Part shown: positions 1 to 11,000 of the stretch, in pieces | Position numbering within the stretch: the stretch's first letter is position 1 | Layout of the letters: every line of letters begins with the position of its first letter | Source: Tenuifilaceae bacterium | GTDB lineage: Bacteria > Bacteroidota > Bacteroidia > Bacteroidales > Tenuifilaceae | DNA: 64,000 bases | Assembly (NCBI GenBank): GCA_034006965.1 | Contig: JAVERU010000001.1 | Location: 5-64,004 of the forward strand | Direction of reading: 5' to 3' | Translations under genes and position numbers: made by a program | Notes under the pieces: generated by a model | The model's database searches: none | Seen by the model: only the letters and a program-made list of their open reading frames with translations | What the model was told of the DNA's origin: nothing

Positions 1-9
1 ATATTATAT

Positions 10-176
10 GGTTCTACCACAAATTTAATGGAAGAATGTAAATTATAGTAAACCTAAATCTTTGGTTTGGGTTTGAAGACAGAAGTCAGAAGACAGAATT
101 AACATGCTTCAACCTTCCAACTTTGGTCTTCGGACTTCCGACCCTAAAATCATTCCACTAAAATTGCAGTAGTACC
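10..176. mobile_element. Putative MITE (non-autonomous element) with ~25-bp imperfect terminal inverted repeats
   Basis: TGGTTCTACCACAAATTTAATGGAA (9-33) matches the reverse complement of 153-177 (TGGTACTACTGCAATTTTAGTGGAA) at 20/25. Flanks are AT-rich and the interior has inverted short repeats. No exact target-site duplication seen. Confidence 0.5.
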
Positions 177-391
177 AAATATATTAAATGCCTATATGTT
201 AACAATATTCAGGTTTTTGCGTTTAGTGAGGTGGGTTTTAAACAAAACAATTTTACGAACAATACAGCACTGTGTATTAATTCGTTGAGGTTTTTAATTT
301 GTGTAAAATGAATTTTAGTCGGTCAGTAGTGCTTGTTTTTGTATACCCACTCCTACGTTGCCATTGATAATGCAATTTTGCTAAATATTTA

Positions 392-399
392 TAATTTTG
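392..399 (+). promoter_or_regulatory. Bacteroidetes housekeeping -7 promoter element (TAnnTTTG) upstream of the ECF sigma gene
   Basis: TAATTTTG, 33 bp before the ATG at 432. Confidence 0.4.
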
Positions 400-431
400 T
401 GTTTTAACGATACCAAAAACATTTCTTCATA

Positions 432-1016
432 ATGAACGAAGATGACAAGATACTTGTTCGTAAGGTGCTGCTTGATGATAAGGTTGCATTTCAAAAGCTA
501 TTCTCAAAATACGCCGAACGAATTTACTATTTTGCCATGCACTATATACGAAATAAAGAAGAGGCAGAAGAAATTGTCCAAGATGTTTTTGTGAAGGTGT
601 GGATGAGGCGTTTCGATTTGAAGGAAGAATTATCATTTAGCAGCTATGTTTTCACAATAGCTAAAAATGCGCTAATAGATACCATAAGACGAAACAACAA
701 AGAGATAGAGTTTCATAAAAATTTCAATTCCTACACCGATAATGACTCCCCTTCAACCGACGAATCGTTAGAGTATGGTGAGCTCAAAGCGATTATTGAA
801 GAATCTATTCGCGAGCTACCCTCAAAGCGCAAACAGATTTACTTACTCAGCCGTAACGAGGGTTTAACATATAAGCAGATATCAGAAAAACTAAATATCT
901 CTATCAAAACGGTTGAAACACATATGCGACTTGCCTTACAGCAACTTAAAAAGAATGTAAAAAACAACTACGAATTTTCACTTGCACTTTGGATAATTAC
1001 CTGTAGCTTATGGTAA
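432..1016 (+). CDS. ECF RNA polymerase sigma-70 factor (Bacteroidetes FecI-like)
   Basis: Region 2 motif EAEEIVQDVFVKVW and region 4 LPSKRKQIYLLSRNEGLTYKQISEKLNISIKTVETHM. Adjacent to fecR. Confidence 0.95.
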   Translation: MNEDDKILVRKVLLDDKVAFQKLFSKYAERIYYFAMHYIRNKEEAEEIVQDVFVKVWMRRFDLKEELSFSSYVFTIAKNALIDTIRRNNKEIEFHKNFNSYTDNDSPSTDESLEYGELKAIIEESIRELPSKRKQIYLLSRNEGLTYKQISEKLNISIKTVETHMRLALQQLKKNVKNNYEFSLALWIITCSLW

Positions 1017-1025
1017 TTGTAGCAT

Positions 1026-1054
1026 TAAGGGTATAGCCCCATATAAGCGTAATA
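1026..1054 (+). promoter_or_regulatory. Putative ECF-sigma promoter for fecR-susC-susD
   Basis: TAAGGG-N17-GTAATA. The same motif precedes four other transcription units in the locus. Confidence 0.75.
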
Positions 1055-1080
1055 CAACCATAAAGTAGAACTAAACGATA

Positions 1081-2016
1081 ATGAGTAAAGAGAGAATTGA
1101 AAATCCTGAATCAGGGCCCAATTTCACCCTCCCGAGCGAGAATGAGATGCAGGATATTTGGGATAATGTTGAGCCCCTGAAGGAACGTTACCCAAAGCCC
1201 AACACCAATAAAATTTGGGAGGGAGTAACCCGAAAAGTGGGATGGCAACTGGCTAATCAGCGCGAGAAACGGATTAAATATTTTTTTATCAGAAATGCGG
1301 CTGCAGTCTTGCTCCCCCTTTTGGTCTTAGGTGTTGGTATATACTACTTAATGGATAGGGTTACTGAAAATGTGAATTACATCACTTTTGTTTCGGAAGT
1401 AGGTACTAGAACAAAGCTAGAACTTCCCGATGGCTCGACCCTTTGGCTCCAACCAAATACTACCGTAAAATACCCAGAAAATTTTCAAGAAAATTCTCGT
1501 GAAATTTTATTTTCAGGTCAGGGCTACTTCGACATTAAAACGGACAACGACAGGCCATTAATTGTGAAAACTGGTGAGATTAGCATTGCGGTTTTCGGAA
1601 CTAAATTTTACATCAAGGCCAAAGAAAATTCAGGGGTTGTTGAAACCGGCCTTATTGATGGTATTGTACGGGTAGCTAGCCCCGCCCAGGAAATTATTCT
1701 TGAACCCAACGATGTTGTGATTTTTTCCGAGGAGACCAATCAGATTGTGGAGAAAAAAAACATCAGCTCACTGCCCTTCAGCTGGAGCGATAATCGTATG
1801 GTTTTCGATAGCTGTTCATTTGAAACAATCATCAAGGAGCTATCTAGCTGGTATGGGCTTGATTACCAGATAGACCCGCAATTGGATATAACAACTAAAG
1901 TTACGCTAACAGTTAAAGACGAATCGTTGGCTGAAATAACAGAAATCCTTAAAATTGTTGTACCTTTTGAGTATGAAATTTCTGGCAATAGGATTATTTA
2001 TACATCAAGACAATAA
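1081..2016 (+). CDS. fecR: FecR family anti-sigma factor
   Basis: Single TM helix, LPDGSTLWL...REILFSGQGYFDI...VFGTKF FecR motifs, and a C-terminal domain. Lies between the ECF sigma and SusC. Confidence 0.93.
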   Translation: MSKERIENPESGPNFTLPSENEMQDIWDNVEPLKERYPKPNTNKIWEGVTRKVGWQLANQREKRIKYFFIRNAAAVLLPLLVLGVGIYYLMDRVTENVNYITFVSEVGTRTKLELPDGSTLWLQPNTTVKYPENFQENSREILFSGQGYFDIKTDNDRPLIVKTGEISIAVFGTKFYIKAKENSGVVETGLIDGIVRVASPAQEIILEPNDVVIFSEETNQIVEKKNISSLPFSWSDNRMVFDSCSFETIIKELSSWYGLDYQIDPQLDITTKVTLTVKDESLAEITEILKIVVPFEYEISGNRIIYTSRQ

Positions 2017-2037
2017 CAGTTTTAAGATGTTGTTATA

Positions 2038-5000
2038 GTGCCTTTAAAAACCCATAATCGATTGCTGAGTATACTCACAGTTTTTGCAATTTCCTTGCCA
2101 CTTGTGGGTTTTGGACAGATACATACTAAACTTGATGTTACAATCCACAACAAGCCCGTAAAGGAGCTGTTGAACCAAATCGAGAGGGAAACACAGTATA
2201 CATTTGTTTATAACAACAACGATATAGATGTGGGTGAAATTATCACCTACAACGCCCAGCGCAAAACACCAATAGATATTTTAAGCGATGTATTCCCTCC
2301 TTTAGGTATTGATTATTTGGTTCGGGGACACCATATAATCTTAACAAAAGCACCACGGGGGGGCTTAGGTATCATTCAAACCTACATATCAGGAATTGTA
2401 CTTGATGCAAGGGATAGCTTACCCCTATCGGGGGTTAATGTACTCCTTGAAAACTCTAGTGAAGGAACGACCACTGGCCCAGACGGTACTTTTACCATTG
2501 AGTCGTCTACCCAAGCAAATTCAATAAACTTCTCATTCATTGGCTATCATAGTGTAAACCAACAAATAATTGGCGATACATTTCTTAAAATTTACCTCCA
2601 AGAAAGTCCTCATATCCTGGATGAAGTTGTAGCATATGGATATGGCAGGGACTCAAGAAAACTCATCTCCAGCGCCGTAAGCAGCATCAAATCCAACAAG
2701 CTAACCGAATTCACTACACCCATAATTGTTGAGGCATTAAAAGGGAAAGTCACCGGCCTCACCGTTTGCAAAAACTCTGGCACTCCAGGGGGGGCAATGA
2801 CCGTTCGAATTCGAGGTATTAGTTCCATAACAGCAGGAGCAGAACCACTATACGTTGTTGATGGAGTTCCAATAATTGCTAGGGATTTTAGCTTGATCAT
2901 ATTTAGCGGCCAGGGGGTCAATACTATTTCCGACTTAAACCCTTTTGATGTTGAATCCATTTCGATTTTAAAAGATGCATCGGCAACAGCCATTTACGGG
3001 GCCAGAGGGTCAAACGGAGTTATCTTAATTACCACCAAGCGAGGGAAAGTTGGTTTGCCGGCAATTACCTTCCACACAAATCAAGGGTTGCAACAAGTGA
3101 GCAACCTATACAAGATGCTTAACTCGAAGCAATTCATGCAGCTCCGCAATGAAGCAGCCATAAACGATGGAGATACTCCACCCTTTAGCCTAGAGGATAT
3201 AGCGAATAATAGTATTGATATTAATTGGCAAAATCAGATCTATAGGCTTGCCCCTATTCAAAGCTATAACCTTTCTATCACTGGTGGCAATGAAACAACG
3301 AGCTACTTCTTTTCTGGTCATTATATAGATCAGCAAGGGGTAGTAATGGGAACCGATTTTAGCAAGTACGGTGCTCGTTTCAATTTCGATCAAAAGTTAA
3401 ATAAGCGCATATCAATTGGTTCGAGCCTTTCGCTAAACAGCTCAACCAACCACCGTAAAGAGGGCGATCAGTCACTTAACTCTCCCGTATCTATGGCACT
3501 TTCGCGCTACCCCACCTACCCCATATTCAATAGTGATGGTACCTACAACGACGATGGGCCCTTTGCAAACCCAGTGTCAATTGTAAAACAACACACCAAT
3601 CTGGCCTATAACTGGCGAGCTTTTGGAAACGTTTTTTCAACCTTTAAACTTCATGATAATTTAAGCTATACATTCAAGTATGGTTCCGATTTTACAAACT
3701 TTAGGGAGCATACCTTCGACCCACCATCTACGCGCCAAGGAGCTAAGTATCAGGGGCTAGGCATCGAGTCCACCTCCGAGGTACGCAAAAGTTTCCTTAG
3801 CAACATACTTAGCTACAAGCAACGCTTTAGCCATGGACAAGCTATTGATATGCTTTTAGGATACGAGTTTGAAAAGGAGCAGCGCAGCTCAACATACCTT
3901 AGGGGCGAGCTTTTTGCCAGCGATATGCTGGAGTACATTATCAGCTCTGCCGAAAAAATATCGGCAGATGCATTTTTCGACGAATCGGCAATAGTATCGT
4001 ACTTCGGGAGAGCCCGTTACAACATCAACAACAGGTATATGGCAACGCTTAATGCCCGATACGACGGATCATCGCGCTTTAGCGATAAGAATAAGTTTGG
4101 ACTTTTCCCTTCGGGTGATTTGATGTGGCGAATCTCTGAGGAAGATTTTTTCAGCTCTAGCCTGTTTAATGAATTGAAGCTTCGTGGCAGCTATGGCGTT
4201 ACAGGGAACGACCAAATACCCGATTTCCTGTATATCAACAGATTTAGCACTGCCCAGTACGATGAGTGGCCAGCTATTTACCCCGCAAACATTTCAAATC
4301 CACAGCTTAAGTGGGAAACCACAAAGCAGGCCAATGTTGGTGTTGATGCCTCTGCATTTAACCACAGGTTACATATTACCCTCGATTTTTATCATAAAAA
4401 AACTGAGGATCTGCTGCTAAACAAGCCCACCCCACCATCCTCTGGCTTTAGCGGAGTGATAACAAATATTGGTAAATTGGAGAACAAGGGCGTGGAGCTG
4501 CAGGTTTCGTATAATTATACCTCTGATATTATAAACTGGGAATCCTCGCTAAACCTTTCGGCCAATAGGAATAAGGTTACAGCGCTGTATAACAACCAGC
4601 CAATCGATAATATTGGTAGAGGTTCTCAGCGAATAGAGGTGGGAGAACCCCTTGGAATATTCTACGGTTACAAGTCATTAGGTGTAGATCCAGCCACAGG
4701 GGATCTTGTCTTCGATGATAGCAATGATGACGGCATAATTGATGTGAATGATCGGCAAAAAATTGGATCGCCACACGCACTTTTCGATGGGGGGCTGTCA
4801 AGCGAATTAGGGTACAAAAACCTCACGCTTAACTTGTTTCTGCAATTCTCATACGGAAATCAAATATTTAACGGCACCCGAAGATACATTGAAACGATGA
4901 AGGCCAACAACCAATCAGTTGCTGTGCTCAATCGTTGGCAACAACCCGGTGATATTACCAGCATTCCTAGAGCAACTAACATTGACCCCAACGAGAACAA

Positions 5001-5274
5001 TCGTATCTCCTCTCGATTCGTTGAGGATGGCTCCTACATCAGATTAAAATCGCTGAAGTTAGCCTATAGCTTTGATGAGAAGTCGCCACAAAAGGCTAAG
5101 GTATCGAAATTCCATATTTACATTCAGGGACAAAATCTATTTACCTGGACTAGATTCTCTGGAATGGATCCTGAGGTTAACTACGCAGGAGTTGATGCCA
5201 TTCGATCGGGAGTCGAGTTCTTTACCTACCCGTCGGCTAGGATATTTTCGCTCGGATTAACCGTTACCTTTTAA
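2038..5274 (+). CDS. susC: SusC-family TonB-dependent transporter with N-terminal STN signalling domain (transducer)
   Basis: N-terminal extension (LLNQIERETQYTFVY), LDEVVAYGYG, plug motif LKDASATAIYGARGSNGVILITTKRG, C-terminal F. GTG start. Confidence 0.95.
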   Translation: MPLKTHNRLLSILTVFAISLPLVGFGQIHTKLDVTIHNKPVKELLNQIERETQYTFVYNNNDIDVGEIITYNAQRKTPIDILSDVFPPLGIDYLVRGHHIILTKAPRGGLGIIQTYISGIVLDARDSLPLSGVNVLLENSSEGTTTGPDGTFTIESSTQANSINFSFIGYHSVNQQIIGDTFLKIYLQESPHILDEVVAYGYGRDSRKLISSAVSSIKSNKLTEFTTPIIVEALKGKVTGLTVCKNSGTPGGAMTVRIRGISSITAGAEPLYVVDGVPIIARDFSLIIFSGQGVNTISDLNPFDVESISILKDASATAIYGARGSNGVILITTKRGKVGLPAITFHTNQGLQQVSNLYKMLNSKQFMQLRNEAAINDGDTPPFSLEDIANNSIDINWQNQIYRLAPIQSYNLSITGGNETTSYFFSGHYIDQQGVVMGTDFSKYGARFNFDQKLNKRISIGSSLSLNSSTNHRKEGDQSLNSPVSMALSRYPTYPIFNSDGTYNDDGPFANPVSIVKQHTNLAYNWRAFGNVFSTFKLHDNLSYTFKYGSDFTNFREHTFDPPSTRQGAKYQGLGIESTSEVRKSFLSNILSYKQRFSHGQAIDMLLGYEFEKEQRSSTYLRGELFASDMLEYIISSAEKISADAFFDESAIVSYFGRARYNINNRYMATLNARYDGSSRFSDKNKFGLFPSGDLMWRISEEDFFSSSLFNELKLRGSYGVTGNDQIPDFLYINRFSTAQYDEWPAIYPANISNPQLKWETTKQANVGVDASAFNHRLHITLDFYHKKTEDLLLNKPTPPSSGFSGVITNIGKLENKGVELQVSYNYTSDIINWESSLNLSANRNKVTALYNNQPIDNIGRGSQRIEVGEPLGIFYGYKSLGVDPATGDLVFDDSNDDGIIDVNDRQKIGSPHALFDGGLSSELGYKNLTLNLFLQFSYGNQIFNGTRRYIETMKANNQSVAVLNRWQQPGDITSIPRATNIDPNENNRISSRFVEDGSYIRLKSLKLAYSFDEKSPQKAKVSKFHIYIQGQNLFTWTRFSGMDPEVNYAGVDAIRSGVEFFTYPSARIFSLGLTVTF

Positions 5275-5286
5275 TTGCAGAAGTTT

Positions 5287-6576
5287 ATGAAACGAGCATT
5301 AATATTAGTGGTAGCATTAGTCGCCTTTACGGCATGCCATGAAATTCTCTATATCGACCCAAACGACTCTATCCCCGAGGAGCAAGCAATCACAAGTGAG
5401 TCCGATGTTGCGGCGGCCATTAGAGGTTGTTACGATGCTCTACAATCGGAGAATTACTACGGAAGAGGACTGATTATATTTAATGAGATTGGAAGCGATA
5501 ACGCATATAACGGCGGAACCATTCTTGAGTTTTCGCAACTCAACAGCTATAATGTTTTGGCCGACAACATATACCTCGATCGAATTTGGTCGGGGCCATA
5601 CATAGCGATTAACAGGTGTAACACTGTACTGTATCACCTGACCAACACAGAGCTAAATATTGATGAAGAGAGACGGACCGAGTACATGGCCGAACTGCTA
5701 TTTATAAGAGCGCTGAGTTACTACAACCTTACCCAGCTTTTCAAGGATATTCCGTTGAGACTTGAACCCAGCTTCAATGCCAACAACCTGGATATGGCCA
5801 AGTCGAGTCAAAATGAAGTTTTTACCCAAATAATTTTGGATCTGAAGAGTGCTAATAATGTGATTAGCCAAACCAACCCGCACTATGCTACCGACTTGGC
5901 TGTAAAAACATTGCTGGCTAAAGTATATCTATTCATGGGTGATTATGAAACCGCAATTAGCTATGCCGACACCGTGATTGCCAGCGACAGGAGGTTGCTA
6001 GAAAACTACGAGAAAATATTCACTACAGAAGGCGGCCCAGAATCAATATTTGAGCTGAGATTTACTAAGCTATCAAGCGATCGGAATAGACTGGCTGAAT
6101 ATTGCTACCCAACGAGTTTAAAAGGTCGATACGAAATTGCTCCTGCACAAGATCTGATTGAATCTTTTGAACCCAACGATTACAGATTAAATCTTTTTCT
6201 GGGGTCTCCCTACTACTGTAACAAGTACGAAAATATCTCGGGTGGAGACGATAACATTCATATATTCCGTTTAGCAGAGCTCTACTTGCTAAGAGCAGAG
6301 GCTAAAGCCCTTGCAGAAGGAGATATTGTTTCAATTCGTAACGATATTAATACCATACGAAACAGAGCCGGCTTGGATAGCATCCAAAGCGACTCGTATA
6401 GCGAACTTTTGCAAATCATTGAATTGGAACGAAGACATGAGTTTGCCTTTGAGGGGCATCGATGGTTCGACCTGATTAGAACAGGTAGGGCTGCCGAGAT
6501 TCTAGGAATACCCGTTACTAAATACTACTTCCCAATTCCCCTATCGGAATTAAACGCAAACAGCCTAATAAACTAA
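5287..6576 (+). CDS. susD: SusD/RagB family lipoprotein
   Basis: Lipobox FTAC, RLAELYLLRAEA, ERRHEFAFEGHRWFDLIR. ATG at 5287 preferred over TTG at 5275. Confidence 0.95.
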   Translation: MKRALILVVALVAFTACHEILYIDPNDSIPEEQAITSESDVAAAIRGCYDALQSENYYGRGLIIFNEIGSDNAYNGGTILEFSQLNSYNVLADNIYLDRIWSGPYIAINRCNTVLYHLTNTELNIDEERRTEYMAELLFIRALSYYNLTQLFKDIPLRLEPSFNANNLDMAKSSQNEVFTQIILDLKSANNVISQTNPHYATDLAVKTLLAKVYLFMGDYETAISYADTVIASDRRLLENYEKIFTTEGGPESIFELRFTKLSSDRNRLAEYCYPTSLKGRYEIAPAQDLIESFEPNDYRLNLFLGSPYYCNKYENISGGDDNIHIFRLAELYLLRAEAKALAEGDIVSIRNDINTIRNRAGLDSIQSDSYSELLQIIELERRHEFAFEGHRWFDLIRTGRAAEILGIPVTKYYFPIPLSELNANSLIN

Positions 6577-6608
6577 TTGGCACAACATCACGTGTTTCGC
6601 CTCGAAAT

Positions 6609-6640
6609 AAAAAAGGCTGATGAATACCCACCAGCCTTTT
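6609..6640. terminator. Bidirectional intrinsic terminator between convergent susD genes
   Basis: AAAAGGCTG-N12-CAGCCTTTT hairpin. Confidence 0.65.
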
Positions 6641-6662
6641 GCTCAACTCTACTTCAACCATT

Positions 6663-8051
6663 CTATTCCTGATCCCACCAAAACCTATCCTGAAGATTTG
6701 GAAGAGGGCTTGGTACATTGGGATTGTATAACCTCTCGGTTTGGCAATAGGGTAAGCGGCGGGGAATATAGCCTCCGGGGTTCTGATTATGATCTCCTCC
6801 TTCGTTGGGCGTGAGGTTAGGGTATCCTGTTCTGCGATAATCGGTCCACGACTCAATGCTTGCAAACATAGCGATGTACTTTTGCTTCATAATGGTTTCT
6901 AGATCTGCATTAAAATCGCCTGTTAAAGTTGCGTTATTTGTAATATATTGCTCAATGGTGGCGTCGTTAACCTCACCTCTTGATAACTTTTGGATGTTGG
7001 CCCTTACAGCATCCTGCAGTGCGTCCTGAGCCAAGGGATCGTTAACATCTAGTCTCAGTCTTGCCTCAGCCTCAATGAACTTAACCTCATGATGGGTGAT
7101 CATAAGTACTGATGATTCGGGAGAAGTAAAGTACGAATTGCTTAAGCTTCCCACGCCGTAAACCATCCGGTACAAATATGATCGTCGTGGATCGCCCATT
7201 GCCAGAAGCATATTGGTGAAGCTAGTATTGGGGACTATATAGTCCAAGCGGCAAAAAGAGTAAAAGGGGTTCTGCTCGGCCACAGAGAAACCATACTGAT
7301 ACTCAAGATCAAAATCACTTGATATGATTGCACCATCCAAGGCTTCCAAGGCCTTTTGGGCTGGATTGTATGAAAGATCATCGACTCTTTTTGTGAGGTG
7401 CATGTAGTATCGAGCCTTCAGGGAGTAGGCCACCTGCAACCAGCTATTCGTATTGCCACCAAAAATCAGGTCATCGGAACTAGGGGTAAGCCCTAAGTTT
7501 GGTTTCTCTAGCGCTGCTATTGCCTCATCGAGTAGTAGCTGAATGTTTTCGTATATAGTCTCCTGAGAGTCGTACTTAGGATTAGGGAACTCGGATCCTT
7601 TTAGAGCCTCAGTAAAAGGCACATCACCCCAAAGAGAGGTAACGTTACCATAGCAAAGCGCCAAAAGGGTTTTCCCAATACCCACATAGTGTGGCATATT
7701 GCCATCAGTTTCGGCTATTTCAATCATGTGGGCCAAATTGACCATAGGGCCATTGTAGTAATCCTGAAAATTCCACTCAGTATAAAGCGCCTCATCTACA
7801 CGATAAGTTTGAATTGGCAATGGGTGGTTCTCTACTCCCCTATAGTACTGCATAAAAATACCAGCCATCACCTGTGTGGTCCCGGCCATAAGGCGAGCAG
7901 TTCTTTCCTGGTTAAATGGAAGCAGCACGTTGGCCGGCACGCTGGTCACATCATTGGGGTTTACATTGGCCTCTTCCAAATCGCATCCGCTCAGAATGAC
8001 CAATTGCATAACGAGCAATACAATTGATATGGGCTTTGTCATTATCTTCAT
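6663..8051 (-). CDS. susD: SusD/RagB family lipoprotein (SusD-like_2 type)
   Basis: Lipobox LSGC, WGDVPFTEA, PKYDSQETIY, QKYIAMF...WTDYRRTGYP, IPRRLPY. Confidence 0.93.
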   Translation of the reverse strand: MKIMTKPISIVLLVMQLVILSGCDLEEANVNPNDVTSVPANVLLPFNQERTARLMAGTTQVMAGIFMQYYRGVENHPLPIQTYRVDEALYTEWNFQDYYNGPMVNLAHMIEIAETDGNMPHYVGIGKTLLALCYGNVTSLWGDVPFTEALKGSEFPNPKYDSQETIYENIQLLLDEAIAALEKPNLGLTPSSDDLIFGGNTNSWLQVAYSLKARYYMHLTKRVDDLSYNPAQKALEALDGAIISSDFDLEYQYGFSVAEQNPFYSFCRLDYIVPNTSFTNMLLAMGDPRRSYLYRMVYGVGSLSNSYFTSPESSVLMITHHEVKFIEAEARLRLDVNDPLAQDALQDAVRANIQKLSRGEVNDATIEQYITNNATLTGDFNADLETIMKQKYIAMFASIESWTDYRRTGYPNLTPNEGGDHNQNPGGYIPRRLPYCQTERLYNPNVPSPLPNLQDRFWWDQE

Positions 8052-8066
8052 AACTGTACAATTTTT

Positions 8067-11000
8067 TTAGTAGGTAATTTGCACGCTAAACTCAATACTC
8101 TTGGTGCTGGGCATATTAAAGTAGTCGCGCCCCAGGCTATTGGATGCTCCCGACAGATTGGTTTCGGGATCAATGCCCTGATATTCTGTAAAAAGGAATA
8201 GGTTTCGAGCGTTAACGCCAAGGTTTAAAGCAGAAATAGGCAGCTTGCCCAATAATTTTTTAGGGACAGAGTAGCTAAGCGACACTTCACGCAGGCGAAT
8301 CCATGAGCCATCCTCAATGTATGCCTCCGACAGGCCAGCCAGGCCACCCTGCCTACTGTAGTAATCCCTATCTCTTTTTACCACAACGGTATTGGGTTCA
8401 CCCGTGTTAACGTTAATGCCTTCGAAAATAAAATCCTCCTCGCGGTTCTCGGTATTCTTATGCGTTCCAAGCGATGTCATAACGCCACGGGTTCCATTGT
8501 AAATATCGCCACCTTGCCTAACATCTAACAGTGCAGACAGAACTATTCCCTTAAAATTAAAGGAGTTGCGGAGCCCAATTATGAAGTCGGGGTTTGGATT
8601 ACCAACCACTCCTGCAACTGGGTCAATTAGCGGGTAGCCATCGTCACCCACCAGAATATCACCATTCTCGTTACGAAGGTATCTTCCTCCGTATAGCACA
8701 CCAAAAGGTTGTCCCTCAATACCTACCGAACGGGTGCTACTTAACCCCGTGGTTGCAAATTCAATTAGAGGAATGCCCTCGGGCAGCTCCTCCACCATGT
8801 TATTGTTTTTGGCAAAGTTTAAATGAACATCCCAACCAAAATCTTTCCCCTTTACCGGTGAGCCAAAAAGTTGAATCTCGACACCATTGTTACTTACAAC
8901 ACCAGAGTTCAGCGTCATACTGGCAAAACCTGTTGAGTATGGAATGGGCACCGAGATTATTTGCCCATCGCTTTTAGATGTGTAGTAAGCAAAGTCGACA
9001 CCTATACGGTTTTTAAAAAATCTCAGGTCTACCCCTACCTCAGTAGATAGCGTTTTTTCTGGTCGAATGTTTTTATTCCCAATGCTAGTTCTGGTTGCAT
9101 AAGTAACCTGCCCTTGCAGTCCACCATCAATGGCACTGTAGTAATCATTCAGGGCGTAAAGGCCAGCATCATTCCCTACCTGTGCCCATGATGCTCTAAT
9201 TTTTCCGTAATCGAAAAAGGGCAGCTTATCGTTTAACCCAAAAGCATCGGAAAAGATAAAGCTTAGGTTTACCGATGGATAAAAGAATGAGTTCTTTTCG
9301 GCCGGAAGAGTTGATGACCAATCGTTTCTTCCGGTGGTATTCAGGAAAAGGTAGTTCTTAAAGGCAAGCTTAAGGTCGTAATACGCACCCACAATCTTGT
9401 ACTTCGTTTTGGTATCATCGCCCGAAGTTTCTGCCGTGTTGGATACATCGTAAAAGTCGGGCAGAATAAACAGTTCTCCTCGTTGATAAATATTGTAGGT
9501 ATCGTAAGTATAGTAGTTATGCCCACCTATCACGCTTAGCTTGAGGTTCTCACTAAGGTTCCTCTCAGCCGAAATCACAAAGTCGGAGTTAACGCTCCTA
9601 AACTGATAGTTGCTTATATCGATGTACCCATTGTCAGTGTCGCTAGAGTTGTTATCAAGATAATTATTCCGAATATCGGTATAGAAATCGATCCCCACCC
9701 TGTACATAGCAGTCATCCAGGGAAGAATCTTGTAATCAACCTGCGTATTCCCAATTAGGCGATTAACCTCGGATGTTGCCTTGTTTTTATTGATTGACCA
9801 GTAGGGATTGTCGTAGTTTGGATAGTAGTTACGTTGGGTTCCATCGGGTAACATATATGCAGACTCATCGTTAACCGGATCATCGGTTCCATTGGTGATA
9901 TCAAATGTTGGTGTAAGGCGCATTAACCCCACCATAACGGCCGAAAGGTTGCTCCCTCTCTGCATAAAGGTACCTCCTGAATTTGTGTACGAAGCTGTTC
10001 CTGAAACTTTCAGATTGTCTGTAAGGCCAATATCTCCTGTCAATCTAAAGGAAGCCTTAGAAAACTCGCTATTAGGAACAATGCCCGATTGATTAAGGTA
10101 GCCAACTGAAGTGAAGTAATTCCCTTTTGCCGTTCCGCCACTCATGCTAAGGTAGGTATCGCTTTTTAATGCCGTTTGGAAAAAATCGTTGACATTATCG
10201 TAGGGAACAACTCTCATTTCGGTTGCTGTTGGATGGTCCATTGGGACTATTCGACCATTCTTATCCAGAAGGTAGTCGGTTGCACCATCGTATCGCAGAG
10301 TCTCAATGGGTGGCCCCCAGCTGGTGTTTGCGCTACTGGAATACACCCCATTACTCCCCTGAGCATAGAGGTACTGCTTCTCGGGCAGCTTGTTTACCTG
10401 ATCGAAACCGAGAGTAGATTTGAAGGTGATGTTCCTACGAAAATCACCTGCTCCTTTGCCCGACTTGGTTGTAATAAGTATAGCACCGTTGGCTGCCCTG
10501 ATGCCGTATAGAGCTGTTGCCGCACCACCTTTTAAAACAGTTACCGACTCTACGTCGTTTGAATTCACATCAATGGCTCGGTTAGAGTGATCGACATAAT
10601 AGGATCCGGAGTACTCGTTGCTCATGGGCACGCCATCAATAACAAAAAGCGGTGAGTTGTTGCTCGACAGGGAGCTCCTTCCTCTAATCACAATATTGGC
10701 CGATGCGCCCGGAGTTCCCGATGAGCTTACCACCTCAACACCTGCAACTTTACCACTTAGCGAGTTCACAATGTTCGACTGCTGAACGCTTGTTAGCTCA
10801 TCGCCCTTAACATCCTGTGCAGCATAACCAATCGATTTCTTTTCCGATTTAATACCAATTGCGGTTACAATAATCTCGTCAAGGGTTAACATCTCTGGGT
10901 TTAGCGAGATGTTAATCACGGATTTCCCCTTAACAGGAACTTCCGCAGATTCGTAACCTACAAAGCGAAAGACCAGAATATCATTATCTGATTGCGAAAC

